Of a DNA stretch of 32,069 nt, positions 11,386 through 20,169 are shown piece after piece. Position 1 is the first letter of the stretch. Each line of letters begins with the position of its first letter. Source of the DNA: Methyloceanibacter sp. (lineage in GTDB: Bacteria > Pseudomonadota > Alphaproteobacteria > Rhizobiales > Methyloligellaceae); NCBI GenBank assembly GCA_049579665.1, contig JBAUOI010000214.1, positions 1 through 32,069 of the forward strand, in the 5' to 3' direction. The position numbers were made by a program, and so were the translations under genes. The notes under the pieces are model-generated. The model ran no database searches, was not told the DNA's origin, and saw only the letters and a list, made by a program, of their open reading frames with translations.

Positions 11386-13581
11386 ATGTCGGTCAAGACC
11401 GCCGGCGGAAGCTTGACCAGCCGCTCAGCCGAACTCGCCCGGGCCGGCGTGAATGACATCTTTGCCGGGCTGGTCGGAAGCGTCATCACCATTGCCTATG
11501 GGCTCTCCTTCGCGGCGCTGATCTTCGCACCCCCGCTCAACACCTGGCTCGCCTACGGCATCGCCGCGACCTTCATCACCAGCGCCGTGACCGCCGCCAT
11601 CGTCGCGGCGCGAAGCTCGCTACCCTTTGCCATCGCCGGTCCTGACCCCACCACCGTCGCGGTCACGGCAACATTGGTCACAGCGCTGATGGCGCGGCTT
11701 GCCGAGCAAGGCTTGCCCGACGACCTTCTGGCGCCGGTCGCGATCATCATGGCGCTCTCCGCCGCTCTGACCGGCGTGCTGCTGTTCGGGCTCGGGCTCG
11801 CGCGCGCGGGCGGCGCCATCCGCTTCATTCCCTATCCCGTGATCGGCGGCTTTCTCGGCGCCTCGGGCTGTTTGATGGTGAGCGGCGCCGTGCGGGTCAT
11901 TACCGGCCATGGGATCGGCATCGCCAATCTCGGCACGCTGCTCGAAGTCGCCGTACTCGCCAAGCTTCTTCCGGCAATCGCCATCGCACTCGCCATCTAT
12001 CTCGGCCTGCGCCGTCGCGAGAGTCCTTACGTGCTGCCTGCCGTTCTGCTGGTTGGCATCGGCCTGGCGCATGGCGCCCTGGCGATCACCGGAACGAGCA
12101 TGGCCACGGCGGAGGAAATTGGCTGGTTATTCAAAGCCCCCGCCACAGTCGGGCTCACGCCGACTTGGGACCTCGGCGATGTTCGCATGTTTCCGTGGCA
12201 CGTCCTGCCTAGGCTCTCCGGCGATCTGTTCGCGGTCATGTTCGTCACCGCGATCAGCACGCTGCTCAACACGACCGGACTCGAATTTCTCACCAAGCGC
12301 GAGGCCGATCTCCAACGCGAATTGAAGACCATCGGCGTCGCCAACGTGATTGCCGGGGCGCTGGGAGGCTATGCCAGCACGATCGCCTTGAACCGCACCA
12401 CACTCAATTACGTGGCCGGCGCTCGCGGTCGCCTCTCCGGCCTGACCGTCGCCGCCATCTCGGCGCTCATGCTCGTCGCCGATCCGGGCTTTCTCGCTTA
12501 CGTGCCCAAATTCGTGCTTGGCGGTCTGCTGCTCTATCTCGGCGCCAACCTCGTCTATGAGTGGCTGATCAATTCAGCGCAGCGAATCTCGCTGCTCGAA
12601 TATGCCTCGCTGCTGGCGATCGCCGTGCTCATTCTCCAGATGGGCTTCATCGCCGGCGTCTTCATCGGCGTCATCATCGGCTGCACGACCTTCGCGGTCA
12701 GCGCGAGCCGCGTGAACGCCATCAAGTTCAGCTTCGACGGATCCGAATATCGCTCGACGCTCGACCGGGGACCCGAAGAGCTCGCCATTCTCGCCGCCAA
12801 CGGCCACGAGATCCAAGGCATGAGCCTGCAAAGCTATATCTTCTTCGGCTCGGCCAACCGCCTCTACGAGCAGGTGAAAGCTCTGTTCGCCAGAAGCCCC
12901 GAGACCCGCTTCCTGCTGTTCGACTTCCGCCTGGTCACCGGCATCGATTCCTCGGCGATGCATAGTTTCACCCAGATCAAGCGGGCCGCCGCCGAGCTTG
13001 GTGCCCGGCTCGTGCTGGTCAATCTCCCGTCCGAGCTCAACGATGCCTTCCGCAATCGCAAATTCATCGCCGACGACGTGATCCTCGCCGACGATCTCGA
13101 CCGGGCGCTCGAGGCTTGCGAGAAGGAGGTGATCGCGGCGCATCTGGCTGAAGGGACCAAGGCGAGGACTCTGCGCGACTGGCTCGCCCAGGCCCTCGGC
13201 AGCGACGACTATGCCGCGCAGTTGGCGGAGCTCTGCCAGAGGCTCGAAGTCGGCAAGGATGCCATCATTGCTGCGCAAAACGAGCCCGCCAACTCGATGC
13301 ATTTCATCTTGGAAGGCCGAATCGGCATCATCGTCGAAATGGATGACGGGCGCTTGGTTCGCGTCCGCAGCCTAGGACCGCACACCACCATCGGCGAGAT
13401 GGGCCTCATCACCCGCCAGAAGCGGAGCGCCACCATAAAGGCTGAGGTCCCGAGCGTGCTTTACGAGCTGAGCGCGGGCGCCTATGAGCGCCTCAAGCAA
13501 GCGAACAGCGCGCTCGCCCAAGCCCTTCTCACCTATATCGTCAGAGTCATGGCTGAGCGGCTCTCTTCGCCAGCAAGGTGA
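11386..13581 (+). CDS. SulP/SLC26 anion transporter with STAS and cyclic-nucleotide-binding domains (last codons probably frameshifted; natural stop likely 13601)
   Basis: Many TM helices with IAGPD and RFIPYPVIGGF, STAS domain (LQSYIFFGSA, IDSSA), cNMP domain (IGEMGL...RSAT). ATG 11386 follows GGGGA. Confidence 0.88.
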   Translation: MSVKTAGGSLTSRSAELARAGVNDIFAGLVGSVITIAYGLSFAALIFAPPLNTWLAYGIAATFITSAVTAAIVAARSSLPFAIAGPDPTTVAVTATLVTALMARLAEQGLPDDLLAPVAIIMALSAALTGVLLFGLGLARAGGAIRFIPYPVIGGFLGASGCLMVSGAVRVITGHGIGIANLGTLLEVAVLAKLLPAIAIALAIYLGLRRRESPYVLPAVLLVGIGLAHGALAITGTSMATAEEIGWLFKAPATVGLTPTWDLGDVRMFPWHVLPRLSGDLFAVMFVTAISTLLNTTGLEFLTKREADLQRELKTIGVANVIAGALGGYASTIALNRTTLNYVAGARGRLSGLTVAAISALMLVADPGFLAYVPKFVLGGLLLYLGANLVYEWLINSAQRISLLEYASLLAIAVLILQMGFIAGVFIGVIIGCTTFAVSASRVNAIKFSFDGSEYRSTLDRGPEELAILAANGHEIQGMSLQSYIFFGSANRLYEQVKALFARSPETRFLLFDFRLVTGIDSSAMHSFTQIKRAAAELGARLVLVNLPSELNDAFRNRKFIADDVILADDLDRALEACEKEVIAAHLAEGTKARTLRDWLAQALGSDDYAAQLAELCQRLEVGKDAIIAAQNEPANSMHFILEGRIGIIVEMDDGRLVRVRSLGPHTTIGEMGLITRQKRSATIKAEVPSVLYELSAGAYERLKQANSALAQALLTYIVRVMAERLSSPAR

Positions 13582-13603
13582 TCGGCGTACTGCGCCGCTG
13601 AGC

Positions 13604-13900
13604 TTACCCTGAGGCGCGGATCGGTTCGATGCGAGCCAAGTCCTTGGCCGCGTCGCGCGCGCAATCGAGATCGTATTGCTTTTGTAGATTAAGCCAAAAA
13701 TCGGGCGTCGTGCCTAAGGCTTTGGCCAACCGCAATGCGGTGTCTGCGGTGACGCCTCTGTCGGCATTGACGATGGTCGAGATACGGTTGGCCGGAACGC
13801 GGATGGCGCGCGCAAGCGCATTCGCGCTCAAGCCGAGCGGCTTCATGAATTCCTCTTTGAGCACCTCACCCGGATGCACAGGTGGCAATGGCTTACTCAT
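13604..13900 (-). CDS. higA: HigA-family antitoxin (XRE HTH), orphan
   Basis: PVHPGEVLKEEF...LARAIRVPANRISTIVN...TADTALRLAKALGTTPDFWLNLQ is the classic HigA/VapI pattern. GGAG lies 6 nt before ATG 13900. Confidence 0.92.
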   Translation of the reverse strand: MSKPLPPVHPGEVLKEEFMKPLGLSANALARAIRVPANRISTIVNADRGVTADTALRLAKALGTTPDFWLNLQKQYDLDCARDAAKDLARIEPIRASG

Positions 13901-13912
13901 GTTGTTCTCCAC

Positions 13913-13947
13913 CTAGTGATAGTCACAATCTCGACATCAAGGGCGTC
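13913..13947 (-). pseudogene. higB: 3' remnant of a higB (RelE/ParE-family) toxin gene
   Basis: Minus strand reads GAC GCC CTT GAT GTC GAG ATT GT(-) GAC TAT CAC TAG, i.e. DALDVEIVDYH* with one base missing. This is the typical HigB C-terminus, and it lies immediately upstream of higA. Confidence 0.75.
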
Positions 13948-13949
13948 TG

Positions 13950-13966
13950 ATTATACGTAGTACGTA
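13950..13966 (-). promoter_or_regulatory. higBA promoter -10 (TATAAT) overlapped by palindromic operator TACGTA-G-TACGTA
   Basis: ATTATA at 13950-13955 (TATAAT on minus strand) and a perfect inverted repeat at 13954-13966, in an AT-rich patch upstream of the higB remnant. Confidence 0.6.
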
Positions 13967-14033
13967 ACATATACTAATCACCCTGTCACCAGTATCTTGC
14001 CTTCGCGGCGGTTTGCCCCTACCCCCGCATCCC

Positions 14034-15038
14034 ATGCGCAACGACACAGCCAAGAAAGACATTGAGCGGACGGCCAAGGCCGTCCGCGACGGCGACCGGG
14101 TGGCGCTCGCCCGCGCCATCACTCTGGTCGAAAGCGCCAAGCCCGAGGACCAAGCCCGGGCGGAAGCCCTGCTCGACCGGCTGCTGCCGCATACCGGCAC
14201 ATCCATCAGGGTCGGCATCAGCGGCGTGCCCGGCGCCGGCAAATCGACCCTAATCGACCAGCTGGGCTTGAACCTCGTTGAGCAAGGCCACAAGGTCGCC
14301 GTGCTCGCGGTCGATCCGACGTCCTCGAGGAGCGGCGGCTCGATCCTCGGCGACAAGACGCGCATGGGTCGGCTTGCATCGGAGCCTAACGCTTTCATTC
14401 GCCCCTCGCCCGCCGGCGATAGCCTTGGCGGCGTCACCAAGACCACGCGCGAGACCATCGCCCTCGCCGAGGCCGCGGGTCACGATGTAGTTTTGGTCGA
14501 GACGGTCGGCGTCGGGCAATCGGAGACGGCCGTCGCCAATATGGTCGATATCTTCGTCGTGGTGGCGATCCCAGGCGCGGGCGACGAGTTGCAAGGTATC
14601 AAGCGCGGCCTGCTCGAACTCGCCGACATCATTGCCGTCAACAAGGCCGACGGCGATCAGGTCGAGCGCGCCAATCGTGCGGCGATGGAATATCGCACGG
14701 CGCTGCACATCCTCGCCTCGGGGCACACCGGCTGGGACCCCCAGGTGCTGACGCTCTCGGCACGGGACAATAAGGGGCTGGACGCGCTCTGGACCAAGAT
14801 CACCGAGCGCCATGCCGCACTTGCCGCCTCAGGCGCGCTCGACGAGCGCCGCTCCGCCCAGGCCACCTCCTGGATGCGAGAGATTTTTGAGCAACGGTTG
14901 CTCGCCGCCTTCAAGGGAGGCAAACGCGCCGCCCGTCACTTCAAGGAGTTGGAGGACAAGGTGCGCGCCGGCAAAATGACCGCGTCAGCGGCGGCGCATG
15001 AGCTAGGCCGGTTGGCGGGCATTAAGGACGCCGAATAA
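14034..15038 (+). CDS. meaB: Methylmalonyl-CoA mutase-associated GTPase (MeaB/ArgK)
   Basis: LARAITLVES, GVPGAGKST, AVDPTS, GSILGDKTRM, ETVGVGQSE, GDELQGIKRG, NKAD; near the mutase genes. Confidence 0.96.
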   Translation: MRNDTAKKDIERTAKAVRDGDRVALARAITLVESAKPEDQARAEALLDRLLPHTGTSIRVGISGVPGAGKSTLIDQLGLNLVEQGHKVAVLAVDPTSSRSGGSILGDKTRMGRLASEPNAFIRPSPAGDSLGGVTKTTRETIALAEAAGHDVVLVETVGVGQSETAVANMVDIFVVVAIPGAGDELQGIKRGLLELADIIAVNKADGDQVERANRAAMEYRTALHILASGHTGWDPQVLTLSARDNKGLDALWTKITERHAALAASGALDERRSAQATSWMREIFEQRLLAAFKGGKRAARHFKELEDKVRAGKMTASAAAHELGRLAGIKDAE

Positions 15039-15091
15039 ACCCGCCCAAATTCGCTTCCCTCGCGTGTGAGCCATAAGGTAAGTCGAGAGCC

Positions 15092-15850
15092 ATGGAGAGG
15101 CCTCGCGTCTTGCTCACGGGCTTTGGCCCGTTTCCGGGTGTGCCCACAAACCCTTCGGGCTGGCTTGCCGAGACGCTGGCCGAGCGATTGTCCTCGCCTG
15201 ACTTGAGGGGCCGGATTCACGCCCGGATTTTGCCGACCGAGTGGGAAGCCGCCGCGCTCTTGCCGCGTCTCTGCGAAACGCTGCAACCCCATGTCATGAT
15301 TCACTTCGGCGTCTGTGAGCATGCCAAGACGTTTCGCATCGAGCATTCAGCGCATAACCATGCCGCGCCCCGCGCCGACGCCAGAGGCGCCCTCCCGGCA
15401 AGCCCCGTGATCTCTGCCGAGGGAGCCGCGCGCCTCGACACGGCCTTTCCGGCGGGCGCGCTCGCCCGGCACCTCAAGACGAGTGGCGTTGCCGCCGTGA
15501 CCTCCCACTCCGCGGGGCATTATCTCTGCAATTTTCTCTATTACCATTCGCTCGACTGGGCTTTGCGGCAACCGGCGCCTCCTCTCGTGCTGTTCGTGCA
15601 CATTCCGCCTCTGTCCGGCACAGATGGCCCGTGCGACGAGACGCGGCTGCTGCACGGCGCGCAACAGATCTTGCGCTTCGTCCTCGCCTTCGCCAGCGAG
15701 CAGGTTCCGGCACCGAGTCCCGCCTCCCCCCTGGAGGGGGAGGCCGACCGATCTTTGATCGGTCGGGAGGGGGGTGAATCTCGAACGCCCACTCGCTTGC
15801 TCGCCCCCCTCCCCGACCCTCCACCGCAAGGGGGAGGGAGTCGTCCGTGA
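15092..15850 (+). CDS. pcp: Pyroglutamyl-peptidase I (C15) with a repeat-derived C-terminal tail
   Basis: LLTGFGPF..NPS, IE (Glu), AGHYLCN (Cys), FVHIP (His). The last ~42 aa are encoded by a palindromic repeat. Confidence 0.88.
   Translation: MERPRVLLTGFGPFPGVPTNPSGWLAETLAERLSSPDLRGRIHARILPTEWEAAALLPRLCETLQPHVMIHFGVCEHAKTFRIEHSAHNHAAPRADARGALPASPVISAEGAARLDTAFPAGALARHLKTSGVAAVTSHSAGHYLCNFLYYHSLDWALRQPAPPLVLFVHIPPLSGTDGPCDETRLLHGAQQILRFVLAFASEQVPAPSPASPLEGEADRSLIGREGGESRTPTRLLAPLPDPPPQGGGSRP
15723..15840. repeat. RIME/CIR-like multi-hairpin palindromic element, copy 1
   Basis: Hairpins CCTCCCCC-ctgga-GGGGGAGG, CCGACCGATC-ttt-GATCGGTCGG and CCCTCCaCC-gcaa-GGgGGAGGG. Same layout as the element at ~20014. 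Confidence 0.75.
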
Positions 15851-15870
15851 GCGCGAAGGACGCTTAAGCG

Positions 15871-17220
15871 ATGGGCGTTGGACGCCGGGAAGTTCTGATC
15901 GGCGGGCTGAGTTTCGGCGTTGCGGCCGCAGCCTGCCCGCACGCGGCCGACGCCGGCGATGCGGCCGACAATCCGCAAGGCTTCAGCACTTACGGCATTC
16001 TGCCCGGAGGCGACCACCTCGACCAGACGGCGACGCTGCAACTTGCCGCCGACCAGGCGGCCGCGGCCGGAACGCCGCTCTTTCTCCCAGCCGGCGTCTA
16101 TTCGACCAGTCGCCTCACCCTCAAGTCCGGCACGCAGATCGAAGGTGTGCCCGGGCGCTCGATTCTCCGCTACCGCGACGGCAATGCGATTGTGAGCATG
16201 ACGCAGGCGGAGAATGTGCGGCTGGCGTGGCTCGTTATCGACGGCGGCGCGAAGCTGCTTCCAGACGACGGCTCGCTGCTCGCCGCGACCGAGACCAAGC
16301 ATCTTGACATCGCCAATTGCCGCTTCATCGGCAGCACCGGGGATGGAGTGGTCTTTCGCAAAGTCTCGGGCTGGATCAAAGATTGCGAGATCGGCGACAT
16401 CCGCAGAGCAGGCCTGTTCAGCGAGGATGCCGGGGGGGTCCAGATCGCCCGCAACCATGTGCATGACTGCGGCGACAACGGCATTTTGGTGTGGCGGTCC
16501 GCGCCGGGCGAAGACGCCACCATCGTGTCGGCCAACCGCATCGAGCGCATCGCCGCCAAGAGCGGCGGCAGCGGCCAGAACGGCAATGCCGTCAATGTGT
16601 TCCGCGCAGGCTCGGTGATCGTCAACGGCAACCGCATCGAAGATTGCGCCTTCTCCGCGATCCGCGACAATTCGGGATCGAACTGTCAGATGATCGGCAA
16701 TTCCTGCACGCGGCTCGGCGAGGTGGCGCTCTATGCCGAATTCTCGTTTGAAGGCGCGGTGATCGCCAACAATATGGTCGACAAGGCGGCAACCGGCATC
16801 GCCATCACCAATTTCAATGAAGGCGGACGGCTGGCCGTGGTGCAAGGCAACCTGATCCGAAATCTCACCTTCCGCAAGGATGTCGACCGCCGCGGCAACG
16901 GCATCGCCATCGAGGCTGACGGCGTGGTGACCGGAAATGTCATCGAGAACGCGCAAGGCTACGGCATCGTCGCCGGCTGGCGGAACTACCTCCGTGACTT
17001 GAACATCACCGACAATCTGATCCGCAACGCGCATATCGGCATCGGTGTCTCGACCGATCCGTCGGCCGGCATGGCGCTGATCGCCAACAACACGATCAGC
17101 GGATCCAAGGACGGCGCGATCCGCGCCATGGACGGACCGATTCCGATCGGACCCGACCTCGCCAAGGCAAGCACATCCGCCTACCGCAACCTCGCCATTC
17201 ATGGAAACGTCTCGCGCTAA
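15871..17220 (+). CDS. Tat-exported right-handed beta-helix repeat protein (TIGR03808-like)
   Basis: Twin-arginine signal GRREVLIGG, pectate-lyase-like N-terminus (DQTATLQ..LFLPAGVY), many PbH1-type repeats, SGQNGNAVNVFRA and ALYAEFSFEGAVIANN. Confidence 0.82.
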   Translation: MGVGRREVLIGGLSFGVAAAACPHAADAGDAADNPQGFSTYGILPGGDHLDQTATLQLAADQAAAAGTPLFLPAGVYSTSRLTLKSGTQIEGVPGRSILRYRDGNAIVSMTQAENVRLAWLVIDGGAKLLPDDGSLLAATETKHLDIANCRFIGSTGDGVVFRKVSGWIKDCEIGDIRRAGLFSEDAGGVQIARNHVHDCGDNGILVWRSAPGEDATIVSANRIERIAAKSGGSGQNGNAVNVFRAGSVIVNGNRIEDCAFSAIRDNSGSNCQMIGNSCTRLGEVALYAEFSFEGAVIANNMVDKAATGIAITNFNEGGRLAVVQGNLIRNLTFRKDVDRRGNGIAIEADGVVTGNVIENAQGYGIVAGWRNYLRDLNITDNLIRNAHIGIGVSTDPSAGMALIANNTISGSKDGAIRAMDGPIPIGPDLAKASTSAYRNLAIHGNVSR

Positions 17221-17247
17221 GCCCCGGCAACGAATCGGCAATCGCCC

Positions 17248-18306
17248 CTAGCGTTGCGCCAGCATTGCGGCCGGGGAACGGAGCGAGCCGAGCGCGCGCT
17301 GAAGTTCGGGACTCGCCGCGACGCGTCCCACGCTGGTGCCCCGCCAATTCAAGATCTCGCCGTCGCGCTGATCGGCAAGCGCCGATCTTGCCTCGGGCAG
17401 GAGCGCGGCGATCCCTTCGGCAAGCGCCCGCTCGGCCCCGCGCTTCGCGCCGTCGTCGGCCTTCACCGCAATGCCGAGGCCGAGCCCCGGCAATGACGCG
17501 CAATGCACGCCTTCGGCGCCGCCCTTGACGAAGACTGAAGGCGCAAGCTTTCCCATCACCAGCGTATCGAAACGCCCTTCGCCAGCGACCAGAGTCGGCG
17601 CGGCAAAGCACGCTGCCACGAGCCGGTTGGCGGCGCGCGCCCGCTTCTCTGCAAGTCCCTCCCCTGCGCCGAGCCGCGCGAAGCCGCGCGCCAGCGCGCC
17701 AAGCGGAAGCGCCCAAGTCGGCACCGAGCAGCCATCGATCCCCATACGGCTCTGCTCCAATGCGATTCCGCAAGTCTCTGAAATGATTCTCGCGATCATG
17801 CTTTGGAGCGGATGGTCCGGCCGCTCATAACCGCGCGGATCGAAGCCGAGATGGGCGGCGGCGGCGAGCATGCCGGCGTGCTTTCCCGAGCAATTATTGT
17901 GGATCGCTTGCGGGCGCCGACCTGAGCGCATCAGCTCGCGGGCGGCCTTCTCGCTGACCGGCCAATGCGCGCCGCAGGCAAGATAGCTCTCGTTCAGTCC
18001 AGCCTTGGCGAGCAGGCTGCGCGCCGCCTCGACATGCATCGTGTCGCCGCTATGGGAGGCGCAGGCGACCGCAAGTTCGTCATCGCCGAGCCCGAAAGCA
18101 TCGGCTGCCCCGCTCTCGACCAGCGGAATGGCCTGCATCGCCTTGACCGCCGACCGGGGAAACACCGGCCGTGCAACATCGCCGAAGGCAAGCAACAGCC
18201 GGCCGTCGGGATCGGAGACGGCGATCGCGCCCGCATGCCGGCTCTCGACGAGGCTGCCTCTGATGACCTCAACCAGCGCGGGATTGGCAGTGTTGGTTTC
18301 ACTCAT
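17248..18306 (-). CDS. Rhizobium etli-type (class 3) L-asparaginase, Asparaginase_II family
   Basis: RGSLVESRH, RSAVKAMQ, CASHSG, the hallmark HNNCSGKH, DGCSVP and KGGAEG. Confidence 0.9.
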   Translation of the reverse strand: MSETNTANPALVEVIRGSLVESRHAGAIAVSDPDGRLLLAFGDVARPVFPRSAVKAMQAIPLVESGAADAFGLGDDELAVACASHSGDTMHVEAARSLLAKAGLNESYLACGAHWPVSEKAARELMRSGRRPQAIHNNCSGKHAGMLAAAAHLGFDPRGYERPDHPLQSMIARIISETCGIALEQSRMGIDGCSVPTWALPLGALARGFARLGAGEGLAEKRARAANRLVAACFAAPTLVAGEGRFDTLVMGKLAPSVFVKGGAEGVHCASLPGLGLGIAVKADDGAKRGAERALAEGIAALLPEARSALADQRDGEILNWRGTSVGRVAASPELQRALGSLRSPAAMLAQR

Positions 18307-18326
18307 GATGACTTGGGAAGCGTTGA

Positions 18327-18848
18327 TCAGCTCCGCGCGCGCTCCATCTGTCTTGCTGGCGCGCCCGCCTCAGGCGCGAGCTCGGTGGGCACGCCGGCGG
18401 CATGTTTCGAGGCGCGGATGACGAGCGAGGTCTTGACGCTAGCCACATTGGGCGCCGCCGTCAGCTCATGGATGATGAAATCCTGGAACGCGCTCAGATC
18501 GGGCGCCACGCATCTCAGCAGGAAATCGATCTCGCCCGAGAGCATGTAGCAATCGCGCACGATCGCGGAGCTTCGCGCCCGCTCCTCGAAGGCGATGAGA
18601 TCGGCCTCGGCCTGGCTGTGCAGCCTGATCATGGCAAAGGCGGTGACATCGAAGCCGAGCGCCCGGTCGTTGAGGAGCGCGGTGAAGCCTTTGATGATTC
18701 CGGCCTCCTCCAGCGCGCGCACGCGACGGAGACATGGCGGCGCCGAGATGCCCACCTTGCGGGCGAGATCGACATTGGTGATGCGCCCGTCGGCCTGCAA
18801 TTCGCGCAGGATCCGCCAATCGGTTGCATCGAGACGGGCTGAACGCAT
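18327..18848 (-). CDS. Lrp/AsnC family transcriptional regulator
   Basis: LDATDWRILRELQADGRITNVDLARKVGISAPPCLRRVRALEEAGII HTH, followed by a RAM domain. Confidence 0.93.
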   Translation of the reverse strand: MRSARLDATDWRILRELQADGRITNVDLARKVGISAPPCLRRVRALEEAGIIKGFTALLNDRALGFDVTAFAMIRLHSQAEADLIAFEERARSSAIVRDCYMLSGEIDFLLRCVAPDLSAFQDFIIHELTAAPNVASVKTSLVIRASKHAAGVPTELAPEAGAPARQMERARS

Positions 18849-18965
18849 CTTGCCTCCCTGGACGATTGGCCCGGTAGCGGGCTAGAAGGTCGAACAGCGA
18901 GATTCGCGCGCTGCGGCGCCTTCCGCGCAATTTTATATCCTCCAGCCAAAAGAATCGAAAAGAAA

Positions 18966-20012
18966 TTGAGCGGTAATCGTTCCAGAAATTCTACATCAGA
19001 CGACGCCGCGTCTCTCATTGCCAGCAGCAAGAAGGCGCGCAGCGAGAAGACCTGGATCATCACCGACGGCTCGGTGGGGATGGAGGCGCAAGGCATCGCC
19101 GTGGCGGAAGCCGTCGGGCTCCCCTTCAGCCTGAGGCGGGTGCGTGTGACCGGGGCGATGAAATTCGTTCCGGCCCCGCTGCAAATCCTTTTGCCGCCGG
19201 CGCGTTTGCTTCGCTCCGTGACTTCGAACGAAAAGCTCGAAACGCCCTGGCCGCGTCTCATCATCTCCATTGGCCGGCGCAGCGTGCCGATCGCGCTCGC
19301 CATCAAGCGACTCTCGAAGCCGCACGCTTTCGCCCTACACATCCAAAATCCGAGAGTGCCCGCTAGACTGTTCGATCTCATCGCCGCACCCGTGCACGAT
19401 GGCTTCGAGGCCCCGAACGTCGTCACCACCTTCGGCGCGGTGCATGGCGTCACCGCGGCACGCCTGGCAGAGGCGGCCAAGCGCTATGCCCCGCGCATCG
19501 AGGCCCTGCCCCACCCGCGCATCGCCGTGCTGCTCGGCGGCGAGAGCCAAGCCTTCAGCTTCCCGCCGGAGAGCGCCGCCTCGTTCGGCGCCAAGCTTGC
19601 AAGCCTTGCCCGCGACACTGGCGGCTCGCTCCTCGTCACGCCGTCCCGCCGCACCCGCGCGGACTCGCTGGCCGCGCTCACCGCCGCCATCAAGGACCTG
19701 CCGCACGGCGTTTGGGACAGCACGGGCGAGAACCCCTATTTCGCCTTTCTCGCGCTTGCCGACGCCATCGTCGTCACCGAGGACTCGGTCAACATGGTCA
19801 CCGAGGCGGCAGGCACCGGCAAGCCGGTCTATGTGCAGGCGCTCATGGGCCGATCATCGCGGCTCTCCCGCTTCCACCGCCTCATGCGGGAGCGCGGCGC
19901 GACGCGCCCGTTCGAAGGCAAGCTCGAGGCCTGGAGCTACACGCCGATCAACGATACCGAAATCGTCGCCTCGACCATCAGGCGCGCGCTTGGCCTTGAA
20001 ATTAAAGGGTGA
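18966..20012 (+). CDS. ELM1-family (mitochondrial fission ELM1-like) protein
   Basis: WIITDGSVGMEAQ, PWPRLIISIGRR, IQNPR, PVHDG, VLLGG, TPSRRT, NPYFAFL, VTEDSVNMVTEAAGTGKPV. Start codon uncertain (TTG). Confidence 0.85.
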   Translation: MSGNRSRNSTSDDAASLIASSKKARSEKTWIITDGSVGMEAQGIAVAEAVGLPFSLRRVRVTGAMKFVPAPLQILLPPARLLRSVTSNEKLETPWPRLIISIGRRSVPIALAIKRLSKPHAFALHIQNPRVPARLFDLIAAPVHDGFEAPNVVTTFGAVHGVTAARLAEAAKRYAPRIEALPHPRIAVLLGGESQAFSFPPESAASFGAKLASLARDTGGSLLVTPSRRTRADSLAALTAAIKDLPHGVWDSTGENPYFAFLALADAIVVTEDSVNMVTEAAGTGKPVYVQALMGRSSRLSRFHRLMRERGATRPFEGKLEAWSYTPINDTEIVASTIRRALGLEIKG

Positions 20013-20013
20013 T

Positions 20014-20107
20014 CCTCCCCTAAAAGGGGGAGGTCGGCGCGCCTGCTCGCCGGGAGGGGGTCTGGCCGCCGACCCCTACCCCGGCCCCCCTTGCAGGGGA
20101 AGGGAGG
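20014..20107. repeat. RIME/CIR-like multi-hairpin palindromic element, copy 2
   Basis: CCTCCCCT-aaaa-GGGGGAGG, then a short hairpin, GAGGGGG...CCCC and CCCC-ttgca-GGGG.AGGGAG. Lies right after the ELM1 stop; colinear with copy 1. Confidence 0.7.
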
Positions 20108-20169
20108 AGTAGCTTGCGGATCAATCGCTGTGTGCTTACCTGTTCACTCCTTGCAGGGACATCGATTCC

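Noticed and set aside
15541..17241. 566-aa minus-strand ORF, and similar antisense ORFs over ptrB, ABC-F, DUF853, trxB and the aminotransferase
   Set aside because: Each fully overlaps a well-supported gene on the opposite strand and has shadow-frame composition.
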